64,000 nt of DNA from Candidatus Altiarchaeota archaeon (GTDB lineage: Archaea > Altiarchaeota > Altiarchaeia > IMC4 > SCGC-AAA252-I15): NCBI GenBank assembly GCA_043800255.1, contig JAZDNF010000001.1:96001-160000 (forward strand), given 5' to 3'. The notes under the pieces were generated by a model, which searched no databases, had not been told where the DNA came from, and worked only from the letters and a program-made list of their open reading frames with translations. A program made the position numbers and the translations under genes. Shown one piece after another: positions 30,385-38,997 of this stretch (position 1 is the first letter of the stretch; the number at the start of each line of letters is the position of its first letter).

Positions 30385-31551
30385 ATGAGAAACATAACTG
30401 TTGAGTTTTTGGATGCACTCCCCTTGGAGAAGCAGAAGACGGAGCTTGTTGAGAGAAAGGGAATAGGCCATCCCGACAGCATATGCGACGGCATAGCTGA
30501 GGCTGTGAGCCGAGCATTGTGCAAGGAGTACTTGGACAGGTTCGGAACGCTGATGCACCACAACACCGACCAGGTCGAGATTGTCGGCGGCCTGTCTGAG
30601 CCAGAGTGGGGTGCCGGCAGAATAGTGAAACCGATGTATTTGCTCTTGAGCGGGAGGGCTACCAGCGAAGTAAGCGGGAAGAAGATCAACACAGGCGAAA
30701 TTGCGATAGAGGCTGCCAAAGACTACCTGAGGAAGAACATAACAGAGCTTGACGTTGACGAGCACATCATAATAGAACAGAAGCTGGGCCAGGGTTCAGC
30801 AGACCTCCGGCACGTTTTCGGCAGAGGCGGCGTTCCCAAATCCAACGACACATCATTCGGGGTCAGCTTCGCCCCCTTCTCATTGACGGAGAAGCTCACA
30901 TACGAGGTTGAAAAATACATCAACGGGAAGATGAACATGCCTGCATCGGGGACTGATGTCAAGGTTATGGGCGTGAGACACGGCGATGACATAACACTTA
31001 CGATTGCGAATGCCATGGTGAGCAGGCACATCGACGACATGAAGCATTACAAGGAAACCATCAGCGAAATGCAGGATAAAGTCAAAGGCTTCGTAGGGAA
31101 GATAACCGACAGGGACGTCACAGTCGACATCAATACGGGAGACAACTATGACGCTGGGAGCGTTTTCCTCACAGTCATCGGAACCAGTGCCGAGCAGGGC
31201 GATGACGGCTCCGTCGGCAGGGGCAACAGGGCCAACGGCCTGATAACGCCCTACAGGCCGATGTCGATGGAAGCCACAGCCGGTAAGAATCCGGTGAACC
31301 ACGTCGGCAAAGTGTATAATCTGCTTTCAAAGCACATTGCAGCCGACATCGCAAAGGCTGGAGCTGAGCAGGTCTACGTCCGGCTTATGAGCCAGATTGG
31401 GAAGCCAATAGACCAGCCGCTCATAGCATCAGTCCAGCTTATCGGCGACAAGAGACTGGAGAAGAAGGCGGTTGAGGTTACAGACTACTGGCTTGAGAAC
31501 ATCGCCGAGATGACGAAGATGTGCGTCGAAGGCAGAGCAGAGACATTCTAG
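30385..31551 (+). CDS. mat: Archaeal S-adenosylmethionine synthetase
   Basis: ERKGIGHPDSICD, NDTSFG, GDDGSVGRGNR, GKNPVNHVGK. Confidence 0.96.
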   Translation: MRNITVEFLDALPLEKQKTELVERKGIGHPDSICDGIAEAVSRALCKEYLDRFGTLMHHNTDQVEIVGGLSEPEWGAGRIVKPMYLLLSGRATSEVSGKKINTGEIAIEAAKDYLRKNITELDVDEHIIIEQKLGQGSADLRHVFGRGGVPKSNDTSFGVSFAPFSLTEKLTYEVEKYINGKMNMPASGTDVKVMGVRHGDDITLTIANAMVSRHIDDMKHYKETISEMQDKVKGFVGKITDRDVTVDINTGDNYDAGSVFLTVIGTSAEQGDDGSVGRGNRANGLITPYRPMSMEATAGKNPVNHVGKVYNLLSKHIAADIAKAGAEQVYVRLMSQIGKPIDQPLIASVQLIGDKRLEKKAVEVTDYWLENIAEMTKMCVEGRAETF

Positions 31552-31557
31552 TCTGAA

Positions 31558-31758
31558 ATGCATCCTCTTATCGACTCTGATAATTGCATCGGTTGCGGGG
31601 CCTGCGTTTCAGCGTGTCCTGTCAGCCCTAAGGTGTTCGAGCTCAGGGAACTTGAAGGCATTGTGAAGTCAGCGGTGGCGCATCCTGAATCATGCGATGC
31701 GCTGGGCGGATGCGTTAGGGCATGCCCTACAGAAGCCATAAGACTTGTCGAGGATTAG
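31558..31758 (+). CDS. Dicluster ferredoxin
   Basis: CIGCGACVSACP and CDALGGCVRACP. Confidence 0.88.
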   Translation: MHPLIDSDNCIGCGACVSACPVSPKVFELRELEGIVKSAVAHPESCDALGGCVRACPTEAIRLVED

Positions 31759-31764
31759 CCTCCC

Positions 31765-32316
31765 ATGTTAGCAGATTTTCTCACCCCCTTTTTCGCGGTC
31801 GGCTTGGCGGAGTTCGGAGACAAGACGCAGCTTTCCGTCCTCCTGTTAGCTTCCAGAAGCAGGAATCATTTTAAGCTGCTGGTTGGCGTCATCCTGGCGT
31901 TCTTTGTCGTTGACGGTGTTGCGGTTCTCGCAGGCTACTGGATTTCCGACAGCATATCTCCAACCACATTAAAGACTGTTTCCGCGGTTGTTTTCATCAT
32001 CTTCGGCCTGCTCATCATAAGGTCTGACGTGGGAGAGGGCGACAGCAGATTCTATTCGAGGAGCCCTCTGCTTTCAGGCTTCCTCCTAATCTTTTTCACA
32101 GAGTGGGGCGATAAGACCCAGATTCTCGCGGCATTGTTCGCAGCCAAGTACAGTCCCATCCTGGTTCTGGCCGGCACGGTGGCGTCCATGGCTTTATTGT
32201 CCGCAGCGGCAGTTTACATCGGAAAGCGCATGTCAGACAAGATTGACAAGAAAAAGATAAGCAAGCTCGCAGGGTTTGTTTTCATCCTCCTCGGTGTGGC
32301 GTCGCTCTTGCTTTAG
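31765..32316 (+). CDS. TMEM165/GDT1 family transporter
   Basis: Duplicated EFGDKTQ / EWGDKTQ motif. Confidence 0.93.
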   Translation: MLADFLTPFFAVGLAEFGDKTQLSVLLLASRSRNHFKLLVGVILAFFVVDGVAVLAGYWISDSISPTTLKTVSAVVFIIFGLLIIRSDVGEGDSRFYSRSPLLSGFLLIFFTEWGDKTQILAALFAAKYSPILVLAGTVASMALLSAAAVYIGKRMSDKIDKKKISKLAGFVFILLGVASLLL

Positions 32317-32382
32317 ACGTTTGGATTCTCAGGAGTTTGACTCTTTTTTAGCCTATCCCTCGTTATAACCTATTGTCCGCAT

Positions 32383-32790
32383 ATGGTTGAAGCTAGAAGA
32401 ATCTCTCGGAGGGAATTTCTGGGGGAAGCGGCTGTTGTAGCCGGTTCTGTGGCACTGCCTGGCATCATGGGCGCATGCGAGAAGCATGATGAGTACGTCC
32501 TACTGGAAGCGACAGTCAAGAAGAAAACATACGAACCGTCATCCGAAGATTCAAAGAAGGCTGAGCTTAGTTTCATCGTCACCGGCGACTTCAAGGGCGA
32601 GAAGACGATAATAGTCGACAACCATCGCGGCTTATACAACGATGAGATCAAAGAGCTTAACAGACTGTTCAAAGGCGAAGGAGATAAACTAGCGATTGTC
32701 CGAGGCAGGCCTGGCGTCTCCTACATCACCGAAAGAGACGTGAAGGGTAGGACGATAAAAGTCGGGCACGAGCACATACAAAAACTATAA
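32383..32790 (+). CDS. Tat-signal hypothetical (lipo)protein
   Basis: ISRREFL twin-arginine motif, hydrophobic stretch, MGAC lipobox-like Cys. Confidence 0.7.
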   Translation: MVEARRISRREFLGEAAVVAGSVALPGIMGACEKHDEYVLLEATVKKKTYEPSSEDSKKAELSFIVTGDFKGEKTIIVDNHRGLYNDEIKELNRLFKGEGDKLAIVRGRPGVSYITERDVKGRTIKVGHEHIQKL

Positions 32791-33021
32791 ATCGAGATTT
32801 CCACCAGTCTGTGACTGGTGGCGGAAATCTTCTGTCAAGAACCTTTCCCCTCTGATCTCATGATGCCGGTCGTAGACCGGCAGTTCTTGACAAAGTTCTG
32901 CGAGCCTGACATGATCTGCACGGCCGAATCGCGAGGCACTAAAGTGCCTGCGCGCAGAGACCGCAGGTATCTTGCGTATCGGCCGGATAATGTGCGTTTC
33001 GGCCTGCGGCCTCAAGCGCAC
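32784..33021. repeat. Composite hairpin repeat element (copy 2)
   Basis: 38 bp identical to 45532-45569; inverted repeat TGTCAAGAAC...GTTCTTGACA (32833-32892); TATCGGCCGGATAATGTG shared with 37301-37318. Confidence 0.75.
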
Positions 33022-33048
33022 TTAATAGAATTATTTATTAAATCTGAG

Positions 33049-33175
33049 CGAGCCCGACGGGGTTTGAACCCGCGACCCCTCGGTTTCTCTGCTAGGCGCT
33101 GTCCGATAGGACAGAGCGAGCCCCATGGGGGCGAGCGTAAAAGCCGAGTGCTCTGCCAAACTGAGCTACGGGCCC
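33049..33175 (-). tRNA. tRNA-Lys(UUU) with 53-nt intron at 37/38 (33085-33137)
   Basis: GGGCCCGTAGCTCAGTTTGGCAGAGCACTCGGCT-TTT-A [intron] ACCGAGGGGTCGCGGGTTCAAACCCCGTCGGGCTCG. Confidence 0.92.
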
Positions 33176-33217
33176 GTTGAAGTATAATCTTTAGGGGGGT
33201 TGTATTAAAATATTGTT

Positions 33218-34567
33218 CTATTGTCCGTACTCCCCTGTTATGAGTTGTTTAAGCGGTTTGTAGTCTGCTGGCAGTTCTGTTACGGTCTCTTTTTTGCCGT
33301 CCAGTTTGGACAGGCTTTCAGGCACGGGCGGCTTGATTCCGATGGCTTTTATGATCTCTTCCGGGAATTTAGCCGGGTCGGCTGTTTCTATGGATATTGC
33401 AGGGGTCTTGGTTCCTGTCTTCTGCAGATACTTCTGCAGCGCTGCCCAGCCTACGGCGCCGTGCGGTTCCAGTATTGTCTTGTGTTTCTTGTAGACTTCA
33501 ACTATCGTCTGCCTGGTCTCCTCGTCTGTTACGCTCTCAGCCGCCACGTCTCTCCGTAGTGCTTCCATGTCCGGCTTCTGGTGTATGGCTCCTCTCTCAT
33601 CCATCCGTCCGCCGTAAATGTGTATGAGCCTGGCGAGGTTGCTGGGGTGGCCGACGTTCATCGCATTTGAGATGCAGTTTCTTGAGGGTCTCACAGGCTT
33701 GTAAGCTCCCGTCTTTAGGAAGTTGGGGAATTCATCGTTCTCGTTGGTGGCTGCTATGAACTTCTCCACAGGCAGGCCCATGTTTTTCGCCAGGATGCCA
33801 CCCATCAGGTTCCCGAAGTTGCCTGAAGGCACTGAGAATACCTTCCTATCTCCTTCTACTCTTGAGTGGCCGTAAAAGTAGTAGACTGCCTGCGGCAGCA
33901 GCCTCCCGAAGTTTATGGAATTCGCAGAAGACAGCCTCACCTGCTCGTTCAGTTCTTTGTCTCTGAAGGCTTCCTTTGCGAGAGCCTGGCAGTCGTCGAA
34001 TTTCCCGTCAACAGCAACGGCAGTGACATTGCCTCCGAGGGTTGTCATCTGCCTCCTCTGCCTGCCTGTGACCTCCTTCGCAGGGAACAAGATCATGACT
34101 TCGATGTTCTTGAGGTTGTGTAATGCCGCTGCTATCGCGCCGCCGGTGTCGCCTGAGGTTGCTACAAGTATGACAAGCTTCCCGTCCTCCTTCTGAGTGT
34201 AATACTGCATGAGCCTCGCCATCATGCGGGCTGCGAAATCCTTGAATGCGAGCGTCGGACCCTCATCCAGCCAGAGTATGTGCTGGCTGCCGCTGACATG
34301 CTGCACCGGCACCGAAAAATTGTAGGCCTCCTCCGTTATTCTCATGAGGCTTTTCGAGTCCACCTCATCTTTCAGGAATCTGCCGGTCACCTCATAGGCT
34401 ATCTCAGAGTAGCTTTTCCCAGCGAAGGACGCTATCGCATCCTCGCTCAATTGCGGGATCGTCTTAGGCATGTACAGCCCGCCGTCCGGAGCCTGACCCT
34501 GCAACAGCACCTCCCCAAAGGATTTCGCTCTCGATTTCCCGTTCGTGCTCACATAAGAGGTTGGCAT
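33218..34567 (-). CDS. thrC: Threonine synthase
   Basis: GQAPDGGLY, GPTLAFKDF, ATSGDTG, SANSINFGR, VPSGNFGN. Confidence 0.95.
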   Translation of the reverse strand: MPTSYVSTNGKSRAKSFGEVLLQGQAPDGGLYMPKTIPQLSEDAIASFAGKSYSEIAYEVTGRFLKDEVDSKSLMRITEEAYNFSVPVQHVSGSQHILWLDEGPTLAFKDFAARMMARLMQYYTQKEDGKLVILVATSGDTGGAIAAALHNLKNIEVMILFPAKEVTGRQRRQMTTLGGNVTAVAVDGKFDDCQALAKEAFRDKELNEQVRLSSANSINFGRLLPQAVYYFYGHSRVEGDRKVFSVPSGNFGNLMGGILAKNMGLPVEKFIAATNENDEFPNFLKTGAYKPVRPSRNCISNAMNVGHPSNLARLIHIYGGRMDERGAIHQKPDMEALRRDVAAESVTDEETRQTIVEVYKKHKTILEPHGAVGWAALQKYLQKTGTKTPAISIETADPAKFPEEIIKAIGIKPPVPESLSKLDGKKETVTELPADYKPLKQLITGEYGQ

Positions 34568-34608
34568 AGTAGACAGATATTTAAGAAGCTTTTTTAATAT
34601 TTACCATA

Positions 34609-35289
34609 ATGAGCGGAATAAAGGCCGTTTTCTTCGATATCGACAACACCTTGTACAATACCTGCAGGCTTGCTGAAGCATCGAGGAGGAACGCGATAAA
34701 GGCTATGATAGAGGCGGGCCTCACGATTGAGGAGGAGGAAGGCTACAGGAAGCTCCTTGAAATAGTGAGAAAACACGGCCCGAACTTCGACCACCACTAT
34801 GATGTGCTGGTGAAAAAGTACTCCGGCGAGAAGAAGCATAAGATAATAGCAGCGGGCATAGTCGCATACCATACTACGAAATTGGGCTATCTTGTGCCCT
34901 ATCCTGAGACCATCCCGATGCTGTTGAAGCTGAAGCAGGCTGGCATCAGACTGGGGATCATAAGCAACGGGGTTCCGACAAAGCAGTGGGAGAAGCTGAT
35001 ACGGCTTGGACTGCAGCATTTCTTTGACTACGTCATCATATCGGAGGACAAGGTACAGAAGCCTGATCCGAGGATTTTCGGGGGGGCTGTCGTCAGGGCA
35101 GGCTGCAGGCCTGAGGAGACCATGATGGTCGGAGACGACATAATGAAGGACATTTCAGGGGCTAACAAGGCCGGGATGAATACGGTATTGGTCGCCAGAG
35201 GCGAGACTAAGAAGCCCAGACGCAAGGCCGATGAACCGGATTACCTGATAAAGGATCTCAGAGGATTGCTCGGGATTCTGAACATATGA
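34609..35289 (+). CDS. HAD family hydrolase
   Basis: FDIDNTL, ISNG, KPDPRIF, VGDD..DI.GA. Confidence 0.92.
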   Translation: MSGIKAVFFDIDNTLYNTCRLAEASRRNAIKAMIEAGLTIEEEEGYRKLLEIVRKHGPNFDHHYDVLVKKYSGEKKHKIIAAGIVAYHTTKLGYLVPYPETIPMLLKLKQAGIRLGIISNGVPTKQWEKLIRLGLQHFFDYVIISEDKVQKPDPRIFGGAVVRAGCRPEETMMVGDDIMKDISGANKAGMNTVLVARGETKKPRRKADEPDYLIKDLRGLLGILNI

Positions 35290-35666
35290 TGTGCGCGAGA
35301 ATAAAATCCAATGCATTGGAGTTCATACTCGGCGTGTCAAGGAGCTTGCATCCGAGGGAGTTCACAGGCCAGCTTAGGGGCGAGGGAGACCTGATAACCG
35401 AGACGCTCGTGATTCCAGCGTCAACATTCGGAAATGGCTTCGCGACAACGCGCTTTGACATGATACCCCTAGACAAGTCCATAATAGGCAGCATCCACTC
35501 TCACCCTAGTAACACTTACCGCCCATCCGAGGCAGACTTCAGGTACTTCGAGAGGGGAGGCAGCATACACCTGATCGTAAGATACCCTTACAACGGTTTA
35601 GGGGATGTTGCAGCCTACACCAGCAGCGGCGAGAGGATAAGCTTGGAGGTCGATGATGAAAACTGA
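35286..35666 (+). CDS. JAMM/MPN+ (Mov34) metalloprotease
   Basis: PREF...HSHP...PSEAD JAMM motif. Confidence 0.9.
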   Translation: MMCARIKSNALEFILGVSRSLHPREFTGQLRGEGDLITETLVIPASTFGNGFATTRFDMIPLDKSIIGSIHSHPSNTYRPSEADFRYFERGGSIHLIVRYPYNGLGDVAAYTSSGERISLEVDDEN

Positions 35667-36102
35667 GGTTGCTCTGCTCTTGATAGTCCTAGCAGCATCA
35701 AGCGGCTGCGTCCGCACCCAGCCGAACAATCCTGTAAGCATAAACGCCTCCCAGGATTATGAGGTTTACGGATTCGACGACGGCTTTGACAGCGTCCTCG
35801 GAAATAGGATGATCATCGGAATGGTGCAGGCAGAGAAGCCTGAACGGATAACAGCCCAGATCGAGAGCGGCTTCAAAACCCTGTACGAGAACAACAGCGC
35901 GAGAGACTACTATGTGGTCGAACTCAGGCACGGCGACGATGTGGTATTATTCGTGAGAAAAGGCGTTGACATCGGAGAATACGTTACTGGGAAAATAGAC
36001 GCCGCAGAATTCAACACTAGAAACAAGAACACGATGTCCTACTTCTACGGGCGAATAAACCAGACATTAGACAATGAGACCTTCGACGCAACGCTCATCT
36101 GA
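35653..36102 (+). CDS. Hypothetical lipoprotein
   Basis: Signal peptide ending AASSGC. Confidence 0.7.
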   Translation: MMKTEVALLLIVLAASSGCVRTQPNNPVSINASQDYEVYGFDDGFDSVLGNRMIIGMVQAEKPERITAQIESGFKTLYENNSARDYYVVELRHGDDVVLFVRKGVDIGEYVTGKIDAAEFNTRNKNTMSYFYGRINQTLDNETFDATLI

Positions 36103-36147
36103 GGACTATGGCCGATCTATTTATGCTATCAACATTAATTATCTGAC

Positions 36148-36834
36148 ATGGCAGGGAGAATATCCACCGGCATAAAAGGTATTGACTCAATGCTCGAAGG
36201 CGGAATAGAAGATGGCTCCGTCATACTAGTCTCAGGAGTCAGCGGAACTGGGAAGACCATACTGGCGCTCCAGTACCTGCAGCAGGGCCTATCAGAGGGC
36301 GAAACCGTATTATACGTAACATTCAAGGAATCTGAAGAATCCCTTAAGAGGACGATAAAAACCATGGGATGGAAATTGTCCGACTCTGACAGAAAATTCC
36401 GCGTGCTGGAGATAAGCCCCGAAGAGATCCCAGACCTCATCCAGTCAGACTGCAAGATAATATTGCAGGTTTTGGAAGCTCATAAGCCCAAAAGAGTTGT
36501 CATAGACGCTATCACAACATTCTCTCTATACTCAGAAGGCCTTGAGCTCAGGCAAAGCATCTTCAAACTCTACAATCTCATGCGCTCAGGAGACCACACC
36601 ACACTACTCCTATCAGACCTCGACCGAAGGCGCCAGGAGGAGACAACCCACGAGTTCATCGAACCCTACGTCGACGGCATAATAGCATTATACTCCCTCG
36701 TAAGAACCGACGCACGCTACAAAGCCATAGAAGTCCTCAAAATGAGACGCACAGACCACCACACCAAAAGAGTCTGGTACAAGATAAAAGACGGATTCGA
36801 AGTCGACTACCGACCCTACACCACAATATGGTAA
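36148..36834 (+). CDS. KaiC/RAD55 family ATPase
   Basis: ISTGIKGIDSML.GG, GVSGTGKT, VVIDAIT, DGII, KMR. Confidence 0.9.
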   Translation: MAGRISTGIKGIDSMLEGGIEDGSVILVSGVSGTGKTILALQYLQQGLSEGETVLYVTFKESEESLKRTIKTMGWKLSDSDRKFRVLEISPEEIPDLIQSDCKIILQVLEAHKPKRVVIDAITTFSLYSEGLELRQSIFKLYNLMRSGDHTTLLLSDLDRRRQEETTHEFIEPYVDGIIALYSLVRTDARYKAIEVLKMRRTDHHTKRVWYKIKDGFEVDYRPYTTIW

Positions 36835-36919
36835 CAACCTTTTTCTTTGAAACTTTTACCAAAAAGTTTCATCAAAAGAAACTATTTTAGTCCGTTAAAC
36901 ATACTCTTATATCACTCAC

Positions 36920-36939
36920 GCCCGCGTGGGGTAGCCTGG
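36920..36939 (+). repeat. Duplicate of the first 20 nt of tRNA-Arg
   Basis: GCCCGCGTGGGGTAGCCTGG identical to 37094-37113. Confidence 0.9.
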
Positions 36940-37093
36940 CAACCTTTTTCTTTATGAAAGAAAAACGCAACGAAGACAAAGAGTCTTCGTGCGCAACGAG
37001 ACGAAGTCTCGTTTGCGTTGATGAAAAAGAAAAGGAATTTGCTTCGCAAATTCAACTTATTTTAGCTCCTTTCACATACTATATTCTACCAAC

Positions 37094-37209
37094 GCCCGCG
37101 TGGGGTAGCCTGGATATCCTAGAGGGTTGCGGAGAACCTCGTTCTAGAACCAGCGAACAATGAGGTTCGCAGCCACCCTCCGACCCGAGTTCGAATCTCG
37201 GCGCGGGCA
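37094..37209 (+). tRNA. tRNA-Arg(GCG) with 42-nt intron at 37/38 (37133-37174)
   Basis: Anticodon arm GAGGG-TT-GCG-G|A-CCCTC; bulge-helix-bulge TTGC-GGA-GAACCTC...GAGGTTC-GCAG-CCA; T arm CCGAGTTCGAATCTCGG. Confidence 0.92.
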
Positions 37210-37326
37210 ACCTTTCCTAAAGGTTGATCAAATGAGCCACATGCGCTCGCTACGCTCGCTTAGTGGCTCAGACAGTGTCATCGAGCGATAGCGAAGATGA
37301 CACATTATCCGGCCGATAACTCGGCC
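37210..37326 (+). repeat. Mosaic hairpin repeats between tRNA-Arg and its duplicated 3' end
   Basis: Contains segments shared with 21814-21880, 26374-26402 and 32977-32994. Confidence 0.7.
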
Positions 37327-37346
37327 TTCGAATCTCGGCGCGGGCA
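37327..37346 (+). repeat. Duplicate of the last 20 nt of tRNA-Arg (att-like)
   Basis: TTCGAATCTCGGCGCGGGCA identical to 37190-37209. Confidence 0.9.
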
Positions 37347-37458
37347 TAGAACAAAAAATAGGTTGCAGTCTAGCGTTTATCCTGATTCATGAACGCATTG
37401 TTCAAGCTACGCCTCCGACACACCTCTCTTTTTAAGCTTGATTTCCTTTTAATGGTCT

Positions 37459-37665
37459 ATGGTAGAAGGCTGTTGCGGCTCTTCAAAATCCTGTTGTGAG
37501 AGTATCCCAGAGCATAAGATGTGCAGGCTGACCCAGCCGCCAAATAAGTTTGACGTGGAGAAAGTCAAAAAACTCACTTCGAACCCCCAACACCTCTGTA
37601 AATGCTGTGGCAGAACCGCAAATGACCCGGAAAACCTGTGTAATCCAACACAATTAAAAATCTGA
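37459..37665 (+). CDS. Small Cys-rich protein
   Basis: 68 aa with 9 Cys (CC, CC, C, CKCCGR..LC). Confidence 0.7.
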   Translation: MVEGCCGSSKSCCESIPEHKMCRLTQPPNKFDVEKVKKLTSNPQHLCKCCGRTANDPENLCNPTQLKI

Positions 37666-37740
37666 TCTATACCCCTTTTCGAACAGTCTGTCTAGGGTGT
37701 GGTGTGCGCTTCTCTTAACGAAAAAGAAAGAAACTCGATC

Positions 37741-38907
37741 TCACTTGTTGAATAGTCTCTTTGTGATGATGGTCGCGTAACTGCCCTTCGGAAGCCTGAA
37801 CTTCAGATTGATTTTGTGCCTATCGACCTTGGTTTTCCTGTTTAATTCATCCGGCGTCGGCGGGGATATGCTGAAGTCTTCGGGCTTGACCGTTGTTCTC
37901 CTCTCATGGGATTTGAAGAAATTCCCGGTTCTGCTTCTGATGTCGAAGTCCTCGAGGCGTACGCCTTCATCAGCAAGTATGCCATCTATTATCGTCTGCT
38001 CGTATTCTGCAGGCTTCATATCGTGGCTGACGGTTTTGAATGTTTCTGGCAGCCTGTTCACTTCCTCGTCTGAAATGTTCTTGTAGAACAGCAGTGTTCC
38101 TAAGCTGTACCTGATTGGATAAAGTCTGCGCCTATCGATTTCCTTCAACAGAACCTGTTCGAGGCATCTGTTCCATATGTGGCTCTGGTATGTTGACACG
38201 AAAATCTCTCGCATGTTTGAGGGTATCCTCCTGTAGGCGTCCAGCCAGTCGCCTGTCCTCTTGTATCCGCCGACTATGGCGGCAGTACGGCCTTCACTCA
38301 GTTCCAACTCCGTTATCCTGTCCCAGTCTCTCAGCATAAGCCTCTTCCGCTCCTTCACGCTGGCTTTCTCCGACTTCGTGTATGCGGTAAGGAACGCCTT
38401 CACGGCATTCTCGTATTCCCCTCTCATTACGGACTTTATTATGAAATTTCCGTTGACGACGCTCCCAAACCTCTGCGAGTCGAAATAGTTCGGAACCCCT
38501 ATGCGGGTAATGCTCTCCGCCCGCTCGTATACTGGGCTGAGTTCGTTCTTCTTCAGGTCTCTGACGGTAATCTCAAACCCATTCCCCTTTAAGTCGCCCA
38601 GTCTGATGCTCCTGTCCAAGTAGCCCTGGAATTCGAGCCTGAAGTTCTTTTCCGCCAGCGTTATTATCCCATACTCTGACGGAACCGTCAGATACTGGGT
38701 TGTGACCGCATGCCTGTCCTTCAGGCCTGCAAATCCGAACTTTGAGATTGGAATGCCGTTTTTTTTCGATAGATGCCCCAAAAGGGCGAACGTCTCAAGC
38801 CCTCTCTTTTCAAGAGAATACAGCTTGTAGTCTCCGCGTTCCTCCGAAGTCTTGAACTCGCCCTCCTCGAAGACTTTGAAGTCCTCAGGCACCTGCTTCA
38901 GCTTCAT
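37741..38907 (-). CDS. truD: tRNA pseudouridine(13) synthase TruD
   Basis: PEDFKVFE, AGLKDRHAVTTQ, PNYFDSQRFG, FRLPKGSYAT. Confidence 0.95.
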   Translation of the reverse strand: MKLKQVPEDFKVFEEGEFKTSEERGDYKLYSLEKRGLETFALLGHLSKKNGIPISKFGFAGLKDRHAVTTQYLTVPSEYGIITLAEKNFRLEFQGYLDRSIRLGDLKGNGFEITVRDLKKNELSPVYERAESITRIGVPNYFDSQRFGSVVNGNFIIKSVMRGEYENAVKAFLTAYTKSEKASVKERKRLMLRDWDRITELELSEGRTAAIVGGYKRTGDWLDAYRRIPSNMREIFVSTYQSHIWNRCLEQVLLKEIDRRRLYPIRYSLGTLLFYKNISDEEVNRLPETFKTVSHDMKPAEYEQTIIDGILADEGVRLEDFDIRSRTGNFFKSHERRTTVKPEDFSISPPTPDELNRKTKVDRHKINLKFRLPKGSYATIITKRLFNK

Positions 38908-38997
38908 ACTCTAATCTAATCTCATGTCTGAGTTTAAAGCAGCGGGATTCAGGCTTAGGATATATAATGCGCTAATACATATATTGTAGGCTGTAAT

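Noticed and set aside
32818-33180. ORFs over tRNA and repeat regions (32818, 21883, 36954)
   Set aside because: They overlap tRNA genes and hairpin repeats and are probably spurious.
36148-36834. Circadian kai system
   Set aside because: Single-domain KaiC-like ATPases are common in archaea, and no kaiA or kaiB is present.
37210-37326. Intact provirus or integrative element at tRNA-Arg
   Set aside because: Only 117 bp lie between the att-like repeats and there is no integrase in the window.
38908-38997. TPP riboswitch upstream of thiC
   Set aside because: The 90-nt gap lacks the CUGAGA and AUACC..GAUAAUGC core in a foldable arrangement; it looks like a simple divergent promoter region.
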